IMG/VR virus record: IMGVR_UViG_3300042502_001136
Location: 1 to 64,000 of that record
DNA: 64,000 nucleotides
DNA from: a virus
Direction: 5' to 3' (one strand)
A model generated the notes under the pieces. That model did no database searches. It saw nothing but the letters and a program-made list of their open reading frames with translations, and was not told the origin of the DNA. Positions 48,749-59,579 of the stretch are shown here, piece by piece; the first letter of the stretch is position 1; each line of letters starts with the position of its first letter. The position numbers and the translations under genes were made by a program.

Positions 48749-49417
48749 ATGAAAAGAATACTAATTTTTGATACAGAAACACATGATAGAGCTAAGAATT
48801 TTGGTAAACCTGAAGATGATTTAACTAATTATCCTTATGTTTTACAAATTGCTGGTAAAATCATTGAAGTTGATGAAACTCTTGCAGATTTTAATCCTAA
48901 GATAATATATACTTTTAATAAGTATGTAAGACCTACTAGGGATAACAAAGAATTTATAATAACTCCTGCTTCTAAAAAAATACATAATTTATCAGAAGAA
49001 TTACTTTTTAAAGAAGGAGAAGATATTAAAGATATTAGTTATCACTTTAATGGATTAGCAAATGCAGTAGATTATATAGTTGCTCATAACATTCAATTTG
49101 ATAGAAATGTTATGGCTTCTGAATTACTTAGATTAGGCATTAAACCTACAGCTAAAAAAGGTTGTAGAGCATTTTGTACTATGAAATATAATACTAACAT
49201 TATTAAACTTCCTAATCCTAACTACCCTAATAGTTTTAAATTTCCATCATTAAGTGATATGTATTTGTATTACTTCAAAAAGGAATTAGCAGAGAACTAT
49301 AAAGCACATGATGCTATGGGTGATGTAGACGCATTAACAGATTGTGTATTAGTTATGCTATTAACTGATAATAATTTTGCTGAATGGATTAAAGGAAATG
49401 TTGAAGATATTTATTAA
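48749..49417 (+). CDS. DEDDh 3'-5' exonuclease (DnaQ-like)
   Basis: IFDTET, VAHNIQFD, AHDAMGDV. Confidence 0.92.
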   Translation: MKRILIFDTETHDRAKNFGKPEDDLTNYPYVLQIAGKIIEVDETLADFNPKIIYTFNKYVRPTRDNKEFIITPASKKIHNLSEELLFKEGEDIKDISYHFNGLANAVDYIVAHNIQFDRNVMASELLRLGIKPTAKKGCRAFCTMKYNTNIIKLPNPNYPNSFKFPSLSDMYLYYFKKELAENYKAHDAMGDVDALTDCVLVMLLTDNNFAEWIKGNVEDIY

Positions 49418-49438
49418 CATATTTTAATATTACATTTA

Positions 49439-50794
49439 ATGACTCTTACACCTGACCAAGAGTTAGCAAAAACACAAATATTAGCATGGGCTGAAAACAC
49501 TATTCTTAAAACTGATTATGATTATTTTATTACACTAGCAGGTTATGCTGGTACTGGTAAAACAACTGTAATTAATAATATCTTACAACAGTTAAGACAT
49601 AAAAAGATAGTGGTTTCAGCTCCTACACATAAAGCTAAAAATGTAATTGCTGCCTCTACAAATAAAACTGCTGAAACTATACAAAAACTATTAGGTTTAA
49701 GACCTGATGTTGATTTAGCAGATTTTAATCCTAATAAACCTGTTTTTATGCAAATGGCAGAAGAAACTATTCAATTTTATAACATACTTGTTATAGATGA
49801 AAGTTCTATGCTTAATGAAGCCGCTGTTAATCTTATTTTTGAAAAAGCAGTTAAACACAGAGTTAAAGTAATTTTTATGGGAGATAAATATCAACTTCCT
49901 CCAGTAGGAGAAGTATTAAGTAAAATATTTAATCTACCCAATGTTGTATATTTAGATACTATTGTTAGACAATCTAATACTAACCCTAATCAAAAGTTAA
50001 TTGAAATAGCTAGAGATGATGTTAGAAATGGAACTGACCATATTCATAAATATATTAAAGAAGTTAAACATGATATGAATGACAAAGAAGGATTTAAAGT
50101 CCTTAATAAAGAACATTTTTATCCTGCATTAATAGAAAAGTATTATGATGCTGAATACAATCAAAATCCTAATTTAGTTAAAACTATTGCATGGACAAAT
50201 AAATCTGTTAAAGCATTAAATCTTTATATTAGAAGTAAACTTCTTCCTAATAGTGATTTAGTTACAGTAGGTGATATTCTTATGGGATATAAACCTATTA
50301 CAAAAGAAATACAAGCTCCACCTTATTATATTCCATTAGTAGAAAACTCTGCTGATTATATAGTAACTAAAGTAACTAAAAAAAGTAATTTTATTGTAGG
50401 TGTTCCTATTGAAGGCTATGATGTAGAATTTAAAGATAAAAAATATCCTGTTTTTATTCTAGCTAGAGAAAGTTATCCTGTTTTTATTGAACAATATAAA
50501 CAAAGACTTTCAGTAGGTAAAACACAAAGACGTTGGAAATCTTTTTATGAATTTAAAGATGCTATTTGTATCATTGAAGATATTTATGATGAAAACCTTC
50601 AATTAGTTTGTAGTAAAGATATTGATTATGGTTATGCTATTACAGTACATAAATCTCAAGGTAGTACGTATACAAATGTTTGTACATTATTATCTGATAT
50701 TTGTCGTAATAGAACTGCTGCTGATAGAAGAAAACTTATTTATGTAGCTCTTTCAAGAACTTCTCAAGAAAATATAATATATGATAACTCTTAA
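49439..50794 (+). CDS. SF1 helicase (Dda/RecD-like)
   Basis: GYAGTGKT, APTHKA, IDESSM, GDKYQLPPV, YAITVHKSQGST, YVALSR. Confidence 0.93.
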   Translation: MTLTPDQELAKTQILAWAENTILKTDYDYFITLAGYAGTGKTTVINNILQQLRHKKIVVSAPTHKAKNVIAASTNKTAETIQKLLGLRPDVDLADFNPNKPVFMQMAEETIQFYNILVIDESSMLNEAAVNLIFEKAVKHRVKVIFMGDKYQLPPVGEVLSKIFNLPNVVYLDTIVRQSNTNPNQKLIEIARDDVRNGTDHIHKYIKEVKHDMNDKEGFKVLNKEHFYPALIEKYYDAEYNQNPNLVKTIAWTNKSVKALNLYIRSKLLPNSDLVTVGDILMGYKPITKEIQAPPYYIPLVENSADYIVTKVTKKSNFIVGVPIEGYDVEFKDKKYPVFILARESYPVFIEQYKQRLSVGKTQRRWKSFYEFKDAICIIEDIYDENLQLVCSKDIDYGYAITVHKSQGSTYTNVCTLLSDICRNRTAADRRKLIYVALSRTSQENIIYDNS

Positions 50795-50814
50795 TTATAA
50801 TAAATATACTCTAA

Positions 50815-51120
50815 ATGGCTAATCCTCTAATTACAACATTAAATCAAAGTCCTAATACTTTTAAAGAGTGTAGACTATATTTATTGGCGAAATTAGGAGA
50901 TAAAGAAACATTATTTAAAGTAGAAGCATCTAGTGTTGATGCTTGTCTTAAATACTATATAAGCTTTTTAGAATATAAAGAACTTAACATTTCAAATGTT
51001 ATAAGTTATTATACTTATGAACGACCAGATATTACAAGTTATTGGGAGCTACTTAAAATAAGTATAATAGGTGCTTTTAGAAAACTAGAAAAAGGAGATA
51101 CTAACTTTGATATAATTTAA
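50815..51120 (+). CDS. hypothetical protein
   Basis: 101 aa ORF. Confidence 0.65.
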   Translation: MANPLITTLNQSPNTFKECRLYLLAKLGDKETLFKVEASSVDACLKYYISFLEYKELNISNVISYYTYERPDITSYWELLKISIIGAFRKLEKGDTNFDII

Positions 51121-51122
51121 CT

Positions 51123-53450
51123 ATGATATACTTTGTAACAGAAAGAAAAGAATATTATAGAGAACGTATTAATAAAGATATATTTTCTGATATTATTATT
51201 CTAGATAGTATCGAAGGAAAAGAGCTTTATTATAAATTACTAGGTAAACGAAAAATACTAGCATTTGATATTGAAGCTAATGGATTGGATGCTCATACAC
51301 TTAGTCCCATACTTTATGGTATTGGTGTTAAAGGTATTCAATTTATGTTTGATTGGACTGTTGATATTAAAGATATTTTTGAACACATATTAAAGTATAA
51401 TATTATATTACTAGGACACAATTTAAAGTATGATATAAAGGTAATAGCAGTAAATTATAATATACTGTTTACAAAACTTTATGATACTATGATTGCAGAC
51501 CAAAGAATATGGATGAAAACTGGATATAGATTTAGTTATGCTGAATTAGTACAAAGATACTTAAATAAAACAGTTCTTAAATCTACTAGAAATGAATTTA
51601 TTGATGCAGACCCTTCTACATTTAAAATAACTGCTTCTCATTTATATTATCTTAAAGGAGATTTAGTTGATTTATTTGATATTAGAAAAATACAACAAAA
51701 ACACATTAAGAAATATAATATTCCTTTTCTTATTTATGGTATAGAATTTCCATTAATCTCAGTTATAGCAGAAGCAGAACTTACTGGTTTTGAATTTAAC
51801 ATAGATTTATGGAGAGAACGTATTAAAAAAGATAAAGAAGAATTATATAAACTTAAATTAGCTTTAGATGCTGAAGTTAAAAAGTTAAAAGAGTTTGTAA
51901 GTTTATTTGGAGATAATGGAGATATTAGTATTAATACTCTATTAGGCGGACAAAAATATAATAAAGAACGCAAACCTAGTGAATTAGAAGATTTTGTTAA
52001 TACTGATGATACTGTTAATCAACCTGATTTATTTGGTAACAAAATGACTACTAGAGCTTTTACAGGACTAAAAAAGAAGATTGATATTAATGTAGGAAAT
52101 ATTAATTATAAATCTAAAAAAGATATAGTTTTTATATTTGCTGCATTAAAAGAACCTCTTATTACTCCTTTAGAAACTATTGCCGTTCCACAACTAGATA
52201 AAAAAGGTAAATTAATTGGTAGCGTTGATAATTTTACTATTAAAGCTGATTTATTACAAAAGTTTATATTGTTAAAGCCTAATTCTAAGATGATACCATT
52301 TATAGAATTAATTATAAAACATAGTAAACTTGAAAAAGCTTTAAGTACTTATGGTGAAAATTTTATTAATAAAATTAATCCTAAGACTGGTAAAATTCAT
52401 ACTATCTTTAGACAATGTGATGCAGATACAGGTAGATATCAATCCGGAGGAGGAGATAATGAACCTGATAAATATAATGCACAAAACATTCCTAGAGATA
52501 ATGCTTATAGAAATTGTTTTACTGTTGATACAAGTAAATATAGTTTAGTTACTGCTGATTATGAAGGTGCAGAATTAGTAGTTATGGCATCTCATGCTCA
52601 AGACTTTAAACTAATAGAGATATCTAAACAAGATATGCATAGCTATATGGCAACTAAATGTTGGAAAAATATTTACTATTATAGAGCTAAAAGATTATTT
52701 GATTATTTTAGTGGTAATATTGCAGGAAAAACAACAGAATTAATAAATGAATATAAACAATTAAAAGACTTATCACAAAACTATTTAGTTACTAAAGCTA
52801 TAAAATATGTTCGTGATGCTTTTAAACCTATGACTTTTGGAGTTATTTATGGTATGTATCCTAAAAAAGCAGGAGCAACCTTAAATATACCATCAGAAGA
52901 AGGTAAAATTGTTATTCAAACTATTGAAGCTGAAATTCCTGATACTATTAAAATGGTTAAACAAGCTTCTGCTTTTGCTAAAGCTAATGGTTATGTTATT
53001 TTAGAATCTAGAACTAATGCACGTGCATGGTTTCCTAATCTTATTAAACTTCTTAAAAAAGAAATTAATGAAAAGGATAACTTTTATGATATATCTAGTG
53101 AATTATCGGCTGCTCGTAATATTAGAATTCAAGGTACTCAAGCTACATTTCTTAAAGAAGCCGCAGTAGTATTACGTAAATATTTTAAAAAACATAAAAT
53201 AGATGCTATTCAATTATCTTGGGTACATGATGAATTTATTATTCAAATACCTCTTCATTTAGATGGTCAATCAGATGAATGGAAAGAATGGAGTAAGTCA
53301 AATTCACTCAAACACCCTCTATCTATTGGGGAAACTGTTGAAAGTCTAGCAGATGTTATTAAAATTGTATTACAAGAAGTTGCTAATAAATATTTAGAAA
53401 ATATTACTATTAGAGTTGATTTACAAGTAAAACCTTATTGGTTTAAATAA
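51123..53450 (+). CDS. polA: DNA polymerase family A with 3'-5' exonuclease domain
   Basis: FDIEANG, GHNLKYD, TGRYQS, NAQNIP, ADYEGAEL, KPMTFGVIYG, IQGT, VHDE. Confidence 0.93.
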   Translation: MIYFVTERKEYYRERINKDIFSDIIILDSIEGKELYYKLLGKRKILAFDIEANGLDAHTLSPILYGIGVKGIQFMFDWTVDIKDIFEHILKYNIILLGHNLKYDIKVIAVNYNILFTKLYDTMIADQRIWMKTGYRFSYAELVQRYLNKTVLKSTRNEFIDADPSTFKITASHLYYLKGDLVDLFDIRKIQQKHIKKYNIPFLIYGIEFPLISVIAEAELTGFEFNIDLWRERIKKDKEELYKLKLALDAEVKKLKEFVSLFGDNGDISINTLLGGQKYNKERKPSELEDFVNTDDTVNQPDLFGNKMTTRAFTGLKKKIDINVGNINYKSKKDIVFIFAALKEPLITPLETIAVPQLDKKGKLIGSVDNFTIKADLLQKFILLKPNSKMIPFIELIIKHSKLEKALSTYGENFINKINPKTGKIHTIFRQCDADTGRYQSGGGDNEPDKYNAQNIPRDNAYRNCFTVDTSKYSLVTADYEGAELVVMASHAQDFKLIEISKQDMHSYMATKCWKNIYYYRAKRLFDYFSGNIAGKTTELINEYKQLKDLSQNYLVTKAIKYVRDAFKPMTFGVIYGMYPKKAGATLNIPSEEGKIVIQTIEAEIPDTIKMVKQASAFAKANGYVILESRTNARAWFPNLIKLLKKEINEKDNFYDISSELSAARNIRIQGTQATFLKEAAVVLRKYFKKHKIDAIQLSWVHDEFIIQIPLHLDGQSDEWKEWSKSNSLKHPLSIGETVESLADVIKIVLQEVANKYLENITIRVDLQVKPYWFK

Positions 53451-53536
53451 ATGGAAGAAAAAAAACAAAATTTAGTATTTAATAGAATTGCTACAAAAGA
53501 TAGTACTGATAAAGCTGTAACTTCCCCCAATAAAGG
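53320..53536. repeat. pair of dispersed motif copies (reverse then forward)
   Basis: TATCTATTGGGGAAA at 53320 and CTTCCCCCAATAAAGG at 53521. Confidence 0.6.
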
Positions 53537-53957
53537 AAAGGTTAGTTCAAGTCCTCGTAATGGTACATCTAATTCTATTAGTGAATCTAGTTTAATTAAA
53601 ATTACTCTTAAAAAAGGAGCAGTAGTTAAACTTGTTAAAAATGAAGAAGAAGATTATTCACATCTAACTACTTCACAGGATATTATAGATTTGGATATTA
53701 GAAATCCTAATGCTATATATAGTTTTGAACCGGCTTTATTTAATGATTTTATTGATAAAGCTACACATAACATTAACCCTTTTGTTAAAATAGGTGATAC
53801 TGTTATTGTTAAAAAGAAATATGCAAATAGTAAAGGACATATACCTAGAAAAGTAAAAGATATTTATTTTAAGTCTTTAGGTAATATGACTGTTATTATT
53901 GCAGTATTACAAGATGGAGAACTTGAACTTTGTAATAGATTACAATTATGGAAATAA
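53451..53957 (+). CDS. hypothetical protein
   Basis: 168 aa; KIGDTVIV (KOW/SH3-like) C-terminus. Confidence 0.65.
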   Translation: MEEKKQNLVFNRIATKDSTDKAVTSPNKGKVSSSPRNGTSNSISESSLIKITLKKGAVVKLVKNEEEDYSHLTTSQDIIDLDIRNPNAIYSFEPALFNDFIDKATHNINPFVKIGDTVIVKKKYANSKGHIPRKVKDIYFKSLGNMTVIIAVLQDGELELCNRLQLWK

Positions 53958-55357
53958 ATCAAATAAAACTAGAAAGACAATTACTAGGTAGAGATATTTG
54001 GTTTAATAATAATTGTGACGGTATACTAGATTATGCTCCCGGAGTAGGTAAAACCTATACTACATTTCTATGTCTTAAAGCATTAGAAAATATTAAAAGA
54101 CACAGTTATTTAATAGTAGTTCCCGGAGCAGAACTAGTTAAACAATGGGAAGATAAACTTGTCCTTGAATTTCCTAAATATTTTTTAGATAGAATATTTG
54201 TTAAAACAGTACAAACACTTTTATCTGAAAATAATAGTTATGAAGTAGATGTTCTTGTTATTGATGAAATTCATGAATTTACATCAGAAGAAAGACTAAA
54301 AGTTATTAATGGTACTTTAGTTAAATGTAAACATTTTTTAGGTCTTAGTGGTACTACTACTAATTATAATTTTAGAAGTATTATAAAATATCATAAAATT
54401 ATAGATACTATTACTATTGAAGAAGCTAAAGAAAAAGGATTTGTTGCAGATTTTGTTGAATATAACATGGGATTAGCTTTAACTGAAAAAGAAGTAGAGA
54501 AATATAATATTTATACTAATCGTATTTCTGATAATCTTCCTAAATTTAATAATGATTTAGCTTTAGCACAAAAGATTATTACAGGTGGATATGATAAACA
54601 TAAACGTTATTTTGTTGGAGCTAGTTGGGCAAGGTCTTATGCCTATTCAAAAGGATGGAAAGAAAACTTAAATATGTCATTAGAACAGCATCAACTATTA
54701 GAAGCTATATGGAATCCTAATACTGTTATAGGTTATGCACGAAGTTTATTAACTGCTATAAGAAGTAGAAAAGAACTATTAAATTTAGCAGAAAGTAAAT
54801 ATATTGCTACATTAGACCTTGTTAATAAATTCAATAAAGTTAAAACTATTATATTTTCAGAATCTACTGAATTTGCAGATATAATAGGAGATACTTTAAA
54901 TAAAAATAATCATCCTACTGTTATTTATCACTCTAATCTTCAAACTAAAATTATTACTTCTGATAAAACAGGTAAATTAATTAAATTTGGTAAAACAAGA
55001 TTAAAAACAAAAGCAATAGCAGATATTAAAACAGGAAAAGCTAGAGTTTTAAGTACTGCAAAATCTCTTGATAGAGGTTTAGATATTGAAGATTTAAGAT
55101 TTGGAATTACTACAAGTGGTACACAAAATGCTACACAATATAAGCAACGAAGAGGAAGAACAGGAAGAAAAGAAGCTAATATATTTGGAGATGTACCTGT
55201 ATTACTTGTTAATCTATTTATAGCTGATACACAAGATGAAAAATGGTTAAGAAATAGACAAAAAGATAGTGTACATGAAATTATATGGGTTACTACTATT
55301 GATGACATATCTTATACACCTCCGCCTAATATAGAATTTACTATTAAAGATTTATAA
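53948..55357 (+). CDS. SF2 (DExH) helicase
   Basis: APGVGKT, IDEIH, LSGT, LDRGLD, QRRGRTGR. Confidence 0.9.
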   Translation: MEINQIKLERQLLGRDIWFNNNCDGILDYAPGVGKTYTTFLCLKALENIKRHSYLIVVPGAELVKQWEDKLVLEFPKYFLDRIFVKTVQTLLSENNSYEVDVLVIDEIHEFTSEERLKVINGTLVKCKHFLGLSGTTTNYNFRSIIKYHKIIDTITIEEAKEKGFVADFVEYNMGLALTEKEVEKYNIYTNRISDNLPKFNNDLALAQKIITGGYDKHKRYFVGASWARSYAYSKGWKENLNMSLEQHQLLEAIWNPNTVIGYARSLLTAIRSRKELLNLAESKYIATLDLVNKFNKVKTIIFSESTEFADIIGDTLNKNNHPTVIYHSNLQTKIITSDKTGKLIKFGKTRLKTKAIADIKTGKARVLSTAKSLDRGLDIEDLRFGITTSGTQNATQYKQRRGRTGRKEANIFGDVPVLLVNLFIADTQDEKWLRNRQKDSVHEIIWVTTIDDISYTPPPNIEFTIKDL

Positions 55358-55358
55358 G

Positions 55359-55919
55359 ATGATATCAGAGGATGCGTATGTAGATTTTTTAGTTAAATAC
55401 AATTTAACTCAAGCACAAGTTTTATTATTATATCTATTATACAAAAATAGAGTAGATTTAATAAGAAAATATAAAGAAAAATTTCCTACTGAAAATGGTA
55501 CTATGATTGAAGAATATTTTATTAAAGATTTAATTAAAAAAGAATTTTTAATAGAAAATAAAGAAACTGGTGCTATTAAATTAGGACAGAAATTTTATCT
55601 TGCTTTTATTGATAAACACGAAGCTTGTGAACATGTATTTAGTGTTTATCCTACTCATATTACTAAAGATGGTGTTGATTTACCTCTTAGTGCTATGGAT
55701 AGAAATGTTTTTGCTAATTTATATGATACTTATATTAGAAGTTCTATAAATGAACATCTTGAAGTTATTAAAGATATAGAATATGCAAAACAAAATAATT
55801 TACTTAACATAGGAATTGAAAAATTTCTTAAAAGTAAATATTGGTTAATTTTAAGACCTAAAAGAATTGAAGGAAAATTAAAAGAAACTACTTTCTTAAA
55901 AGCTGATAATGAATATTAA
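55359..55919 (+). CDS. hypothetical protein, possible replication initiator/helicase loader
   Basis: wHTH-like N-terminus; FSVYP and EKFLKSKYW; overlaps the DnaB-like gene start. Confidence 0.5.
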   Translation: MISEDAYVDFLVKYNLTQAQVLLLYLLYKNRVDLIRKYKEKFPTENGTMIEEYFIKDLIKKEFLIENKETGAIKLGQKFYLAFIDKHEACEHVFSVYPTHITKDGVDLPLSAMDRNVFANLYDTYIRSSINEHLEVIKDIEYAKQNNLLNIGIEKFLKSKYWLILRPKRIEGKLKETTFLKADNEY

Positions 55920-56937
55920 GAAGGCTAAAGAACCATATGTACCAGTTTTAAAAACTAAAAAATCTATTAATGAAGAAGCTAAAATTAAAATTCAAGAAGA
56001 ACGTAGTGGTAAACAACTTGGATTAAAAACAAGATTTGGTAGGCTTAATATTGCTATTGGTAGATATTTTAGATTTAAACAAGTTACTTCTATTAATGGA
56101 TTATCAGGACATGGTAAGTCAACTTTACTTAATATGATTTTAGAAGATTTTACTAATGCTAAAATTAATAGTAAATTTACTGAACCTGTTGTTATAGTTC
56201 ATAATACATGGGAAATGGTTCCGGAAGATGAAGTTATTAGAGGATTAGCCTCTAAGGTAGAAAAGTCGCATTTATATCTATTAAGTTCTGAATTTGATAG
56301 AGAAACAGGTAAATACAATACTGTATCTGATTTAGAAATAGAAGAATTCTTTAATGTATTAGATAAAGAGGAAGATAAAGACCATTATTATTTTGATGAA
56401 GCTACTACTTTAAATGGTATTATTGAAAATATTAAACATGCTATTAGATTCTATCAAGATAAATATGCACAAGAAATAGAAGTAGGTAATAAGAAAGCTA
56501 TTCCTAAAGTAGTTGTTGCATTAGACCACACATTACTAACTGTAGGAGAAAAAGGTGAAACAATTAATGATATTATGTTTGGGCTTTCAAGACTTGCTAT
56601 ATACTTAAAAAAGAAAGGTTATATGGTAATTTTTGTAGGACAACTTAATAATGAAATTGAAAAGCTTGAAAGAGTTAGAAATATAGAAGGTCATTTTCCT
56701 ATTAAATCTGATATATATGCACAAGCTCAACTATTTAATGCTTGTGATACTGTTATTACTATACATCAACCTGAATTACTTGGTATTTTCTTTTATGGTA
56801 GGAATCAATATAAAACTAGTAATCTTATGCACCTTCAAATATTAAAACAAAGATTTGGAAAAGTAGGAAGTGTTTGGCTTTATAATGATTTAGGTAAAGG
56901 TAGAGTTTATGAAACAACACCCGAAAAAAAAGAATAA
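55909..56937 (+). CDS. DnaB-like replicative helicase
   Basis: GLSGHGKS, WEM, ALDH, GQLN, KQRFG. Confidence 0.85.
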   Translation: MNIKKAKEPYVPVLKTKKSINEEAKIKIQEERSGKQLGLKTRFGRLNIAIGRYFRFKQVTSINGLSGHGKSTLLNMILEDFTNAKINSKFTEPVVIVHNTWEMVPEDEVIRGLASKVEKSHLYLLSSEFDRETGKYNTVSDLEIEEFFNVLDKEEDKDHYYFDEATTLNGIIENIKHAIRFYQDKYAQEIEVGNKKAIPKVVVALDHTLLTVGEKGETINDIMFGLSRLAIYLKKKGYMVIFVGQLNNEIEKLERVRNIEGHFPIKSDIYAQAQLFNACDTVITIHQPELLGIFFYGRNQYKTSNLMHLQILKQRFGKVGSVWLYNDLGKGRVYETTPEKKE

Positions 56938-56989
56938 TACTTTTTGAATAAAAATAATAGGAAATTTTTAAAAAATTATTAGTAATTAA

Positions 56990-57020
56990 TTTGGTAAAAC
57001 AAAAAAAAGAGTTATATTTG
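56990..57020 (+). promoter_or_regulatory. Bacteroidota housekeeping-sigma promoter
   Basis: TTTG (56990) + 19 nt + TATATTTG (57013-57020), in a gap before 57093. Confidence 0.7.
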
Positions 57021-57092
57021 TATCACATTAAACCGGTACAAGGCAATTAGAGAGTTTTATTATCTAATGTACTAATAATAATTGTAAAGCAC

Positions 57093-58022
57093 ATGACAAA
57101 CCAAGACGAAAACAAAGTCGAAGTAGAAAATAACCAAGAGGTTATTGAAAAAGAAAAAGGAGAAGTTGTTGAAGTAGTTGAAGTAGTTACTGATGAAGAT
57201 AATCAAGGGATTGAAGAAGATAATCAAAACACTAATGAAACTATTGAAAACCAATTAACTCCTTTTTTCGTTTCTAATAATGAACCTCTTACTGGTAATT
57301 TTGCTGTTATTAGAGAAACTGCTCAAGCTTTAGCAGATATGACTAATATAGCAAATATTATATGTAAAAGTAAACTTAGTCCTTTAAAAACATCTGCTGA
57401 TATTGTATTAGCTATTATAACAGGTAATCAATATGGTTTTCCTTTTATGGTTAGTATAGCTAATATTTATCCTATTAATGGTAGACCTTCTATGGGTACT
57501 CACTTAATAAGAGGATTGATAATAAAGAATAAGATTATTTTTAAAAAAGTTTATAACTATGAACCTGTTTATGAATATGCTAAAGCTAAAAAAGAAGATG
57601 GTAAGATAGTTTTAGTTAAAGTAAAAAAACAAGTAAATGGTGAAACGAAAGAAGTTCCGGTATTAATAGGAAGATTTACTAAACAAGAAGCACCAGAAGA
57701 AGTACATATCAGAGGAGAAATAGTAGATTATATTACTAAATATACATTTACTAGAAAAATGAAAGATATAGACGGTTCTTGGACTTCCTTAGAAGTAGAA
57801 TCTGAATATAAAATATCAGAAGCTCGAAACGCAGGTTTTCTAGATAAAGATAATTGGATTAATCACCCTGCAAGAATGTTAGATGCTAGAGCTTTTAATA
57901 TAGGAGCAAAAGAAATAGCAGCTGATATACTTCTTGGTATGTATTCAATATCTGAACTAGCAGACGAAGCAAACCTTAAATACTCTATTGATAGTTCTCT
58001 ACAAGAAACTATTATTCCTTAA
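57093..58022 (+). CDS. RecT/Bet-like single-strand annealing protein
   Basis: AIITGNQYG...IYPINGRPS...EARNAG...NWINHPARML. Confidence 0.7.
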   Translation: MTNQDENKVEVENNQEVIEKEKGEVVEVVEVVTDEDNQGIEEDNQNTNETIENQLTPFFVSNNEPLTGNFAVIRETAQALADMTNIANIICKSKLSPLKTSADIVLAIITGNQYGFPFMVSIANIYPINGRPSMGTHLIRGLIIKNKIIFKKVYNYEPVYEYAKAKKEDGKIVLVKVKKQVNGETKEVPVLIGRFTKQEAPEEVHIRGEIVDYITKYTFTRKMKDIDGSWTSLEVESEYKISEARNAGFLDKDNWINHPARMLDARAFNIGAKEIAADILLGMYSISELADEANLKYSIDSSLQETIIP

Positions 58023-58059
58023 CAACAAATTATTATTAAATTTTTAATTAAAAAACATT

Positions 58060-58707
58060 ATGTTACAATTTAAAAACATTACAGGTAAAAAAGAAACTAA
58101 ATCTTTTACACATCCAGTTATTATTGCTAATTCTACTAAAGGAGAATGGAGAATTGCTCCACCTATTCAAGAAAAATTAGAAATTGTTGAAGGTGATTTC
58201 GTTATCATGGTTGAACACCCTGAAGATAATAAACGTGTATTCATTGGTAAAGGTGTAAAAGGAGTTCCTGTAATTGATGCTGCAACCGGTAAACAAGCAG
58301 TAGATGGAAGAGGTCGTTTAGTTTATGAAGATAATACTTGTTTTGGTGCTGTTGTTCGTCCTGCTTCTGAAGGTAGTTCAATGTTTAAATTAACAGTTGC
58401 ATCTGCTTGGAATAAATTATCAGGTAATGAAGAAACTCTTGATTACTTTACTTTATCTGAAGGTATTGAAGGAGAAATTCCATCTGATATTGTAGATGAA
58501 AATGGTGATTCTACAATGCACGTTACTACTCTTTATGAATTGAAATTCAAAGAATCTAAAGCTAAAGCTAAAAGAGAGAAAAAAGGAGAAGAAGGTGCTG
58601 AAGAAGAAGAAGAAGATGATGCTACATTTGAATTAGGAGAAACTAATGAAGAAGGTACATCTGAAGCTCCTGAAGCAGAAGCCTCTGAATATGAAGAAGA
58701 AGTTTAA
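58060..58707 (+). CDS. protein with long acidic C-terminal tail (SSB-like candidate)
   Basis: 215 aa; beta-rich core plus about 45 aa Glu-rich tail. Confidence 0.5.
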   Translation: MLQFKNITGKKETKSFTHPVIIANSTKGEWRIAPPIQEKLEIVEGDFVIMVEHPEDNKRVFIGKGVKGVPVIDAATGKQAVDGRGRLVYEDNTCFGAVVRPASEGSSMFKLTVASAWNKLSGNEETLDYFTLSEGIEGEIPSDIVDENGDSTMHVTTLYELKFKESKAKAKREKKGEEGAEEEEEDDATFELGETNEEGTSEAPEAEASEYEEEV

Positions 58708-58727
58708 TCAACTTTAAATATGTACTT

Positions 58728-58758
58728 AAAGCGTCTGCTATTGTAGACGCTTTTTTTT
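58728..58758 (+). terminator. intrinsic terminator
   Basis: AAAGCGTCTGC-TATT-GTAGACGC followed by T8. Confidence 0.88.
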
Positions 58759-58804
58759 GATTTAAAATTATAGCTATTATTTTAAAATTTAAAATTATTA
58801 CAAC

Positions 58805-59518
58805 ATGGATTTGAATTTAAGTATTAATAAAGATACTAGAGGAAGTGCTAATAATCCTATTCCTGCTCCTCGTTTGTTAGCTCTTGCTACAACCATATTT
58901 CCTTATAAATATGAATTTCCTGTTGCTCATTTAGTTAATGTTTCTTTTGACCCTAAGAAAGAAGTAAAACGTAATGATGTAACAGAAAATGTTCCTGCTC
59001 TTATTTTCTTATTTAAAGATAAGGATAAAAGACAATTTACTCATATTGAGTTCCCATTAGACCCAACAGATGATAAAATTAAGAAAAAACAAGATGCTTT
59101 ATTATCTCGTATTAAACATATTTGGGATGAAACTATTGGAGCTGATAAACTTCCTGCCGGTGTATTAGAAGGTAAATCTTTTGCTGAATTTTATGAAAAT
59201 GTAGCAAAAGGATTTAATGCAATTACTTATACTAAAGATGATAAAACATATAAAACTTACTCTGCTAATGCTTTATATATTAAATTATCTTATTATAATG
59301 CTAATTTGCAACTTCCTCAATACCCTAATTTCATACAACCTGCTACTAGTGGGGGAAATCAAAAAGTATGTGAATTGAGAATTAATCCTACTTATGACTC
59401 TGTTGAGCCTAAAGCTAAAGCTAAAGCAGGAGGAAATCAAAGTGGACATAATAATGAATTTGGTGGAGGAGAAAGTTTTGGTGGTAATTTCTCTGAAGAT
59501 TTACCTGATATTGAATAA
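58805..59518 (+). CDS. SSB-like replication protein
   Basis: 237 aa; Gly-rich acidic tail ending EDLPDIE; upstream of primase. Confidence 0.5.
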   Translation: MDLNLSINKDTRGSANNPIPAPRLLALATTIFPYKYEFPVAHLVNVSFDPKKEVKRNDVTENVPALIFLFKDKDKRQFTHIEFPLDPTDDKIKKKQDALLSRIKHIWDETIGADKLPAGVLEGKSFAEFYENVAKGFNAITYTKDDKTYKTYSANALYIKLSYYNANLQLPQYPNFIQPATSGGNQKVCELRINPTYDSVEPKAKAKAGGNQSGHNNEFGGGESFGGNFSEDLPDIE

Positions 59519-59539
59519 ATAGAAACAACAATTATTAAT

Positions 59540-59572
59540 AAGCAGGGTATATACGTATACCCTGCTTTTTTT
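59540..59572 (+). terminator. intrinsic terminator
   Basis: AAGCAGGGTAT...ATACCCTGC followed by T7. Confidence 0.85.
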
Positions 59573-59579
59573 ATACTAT

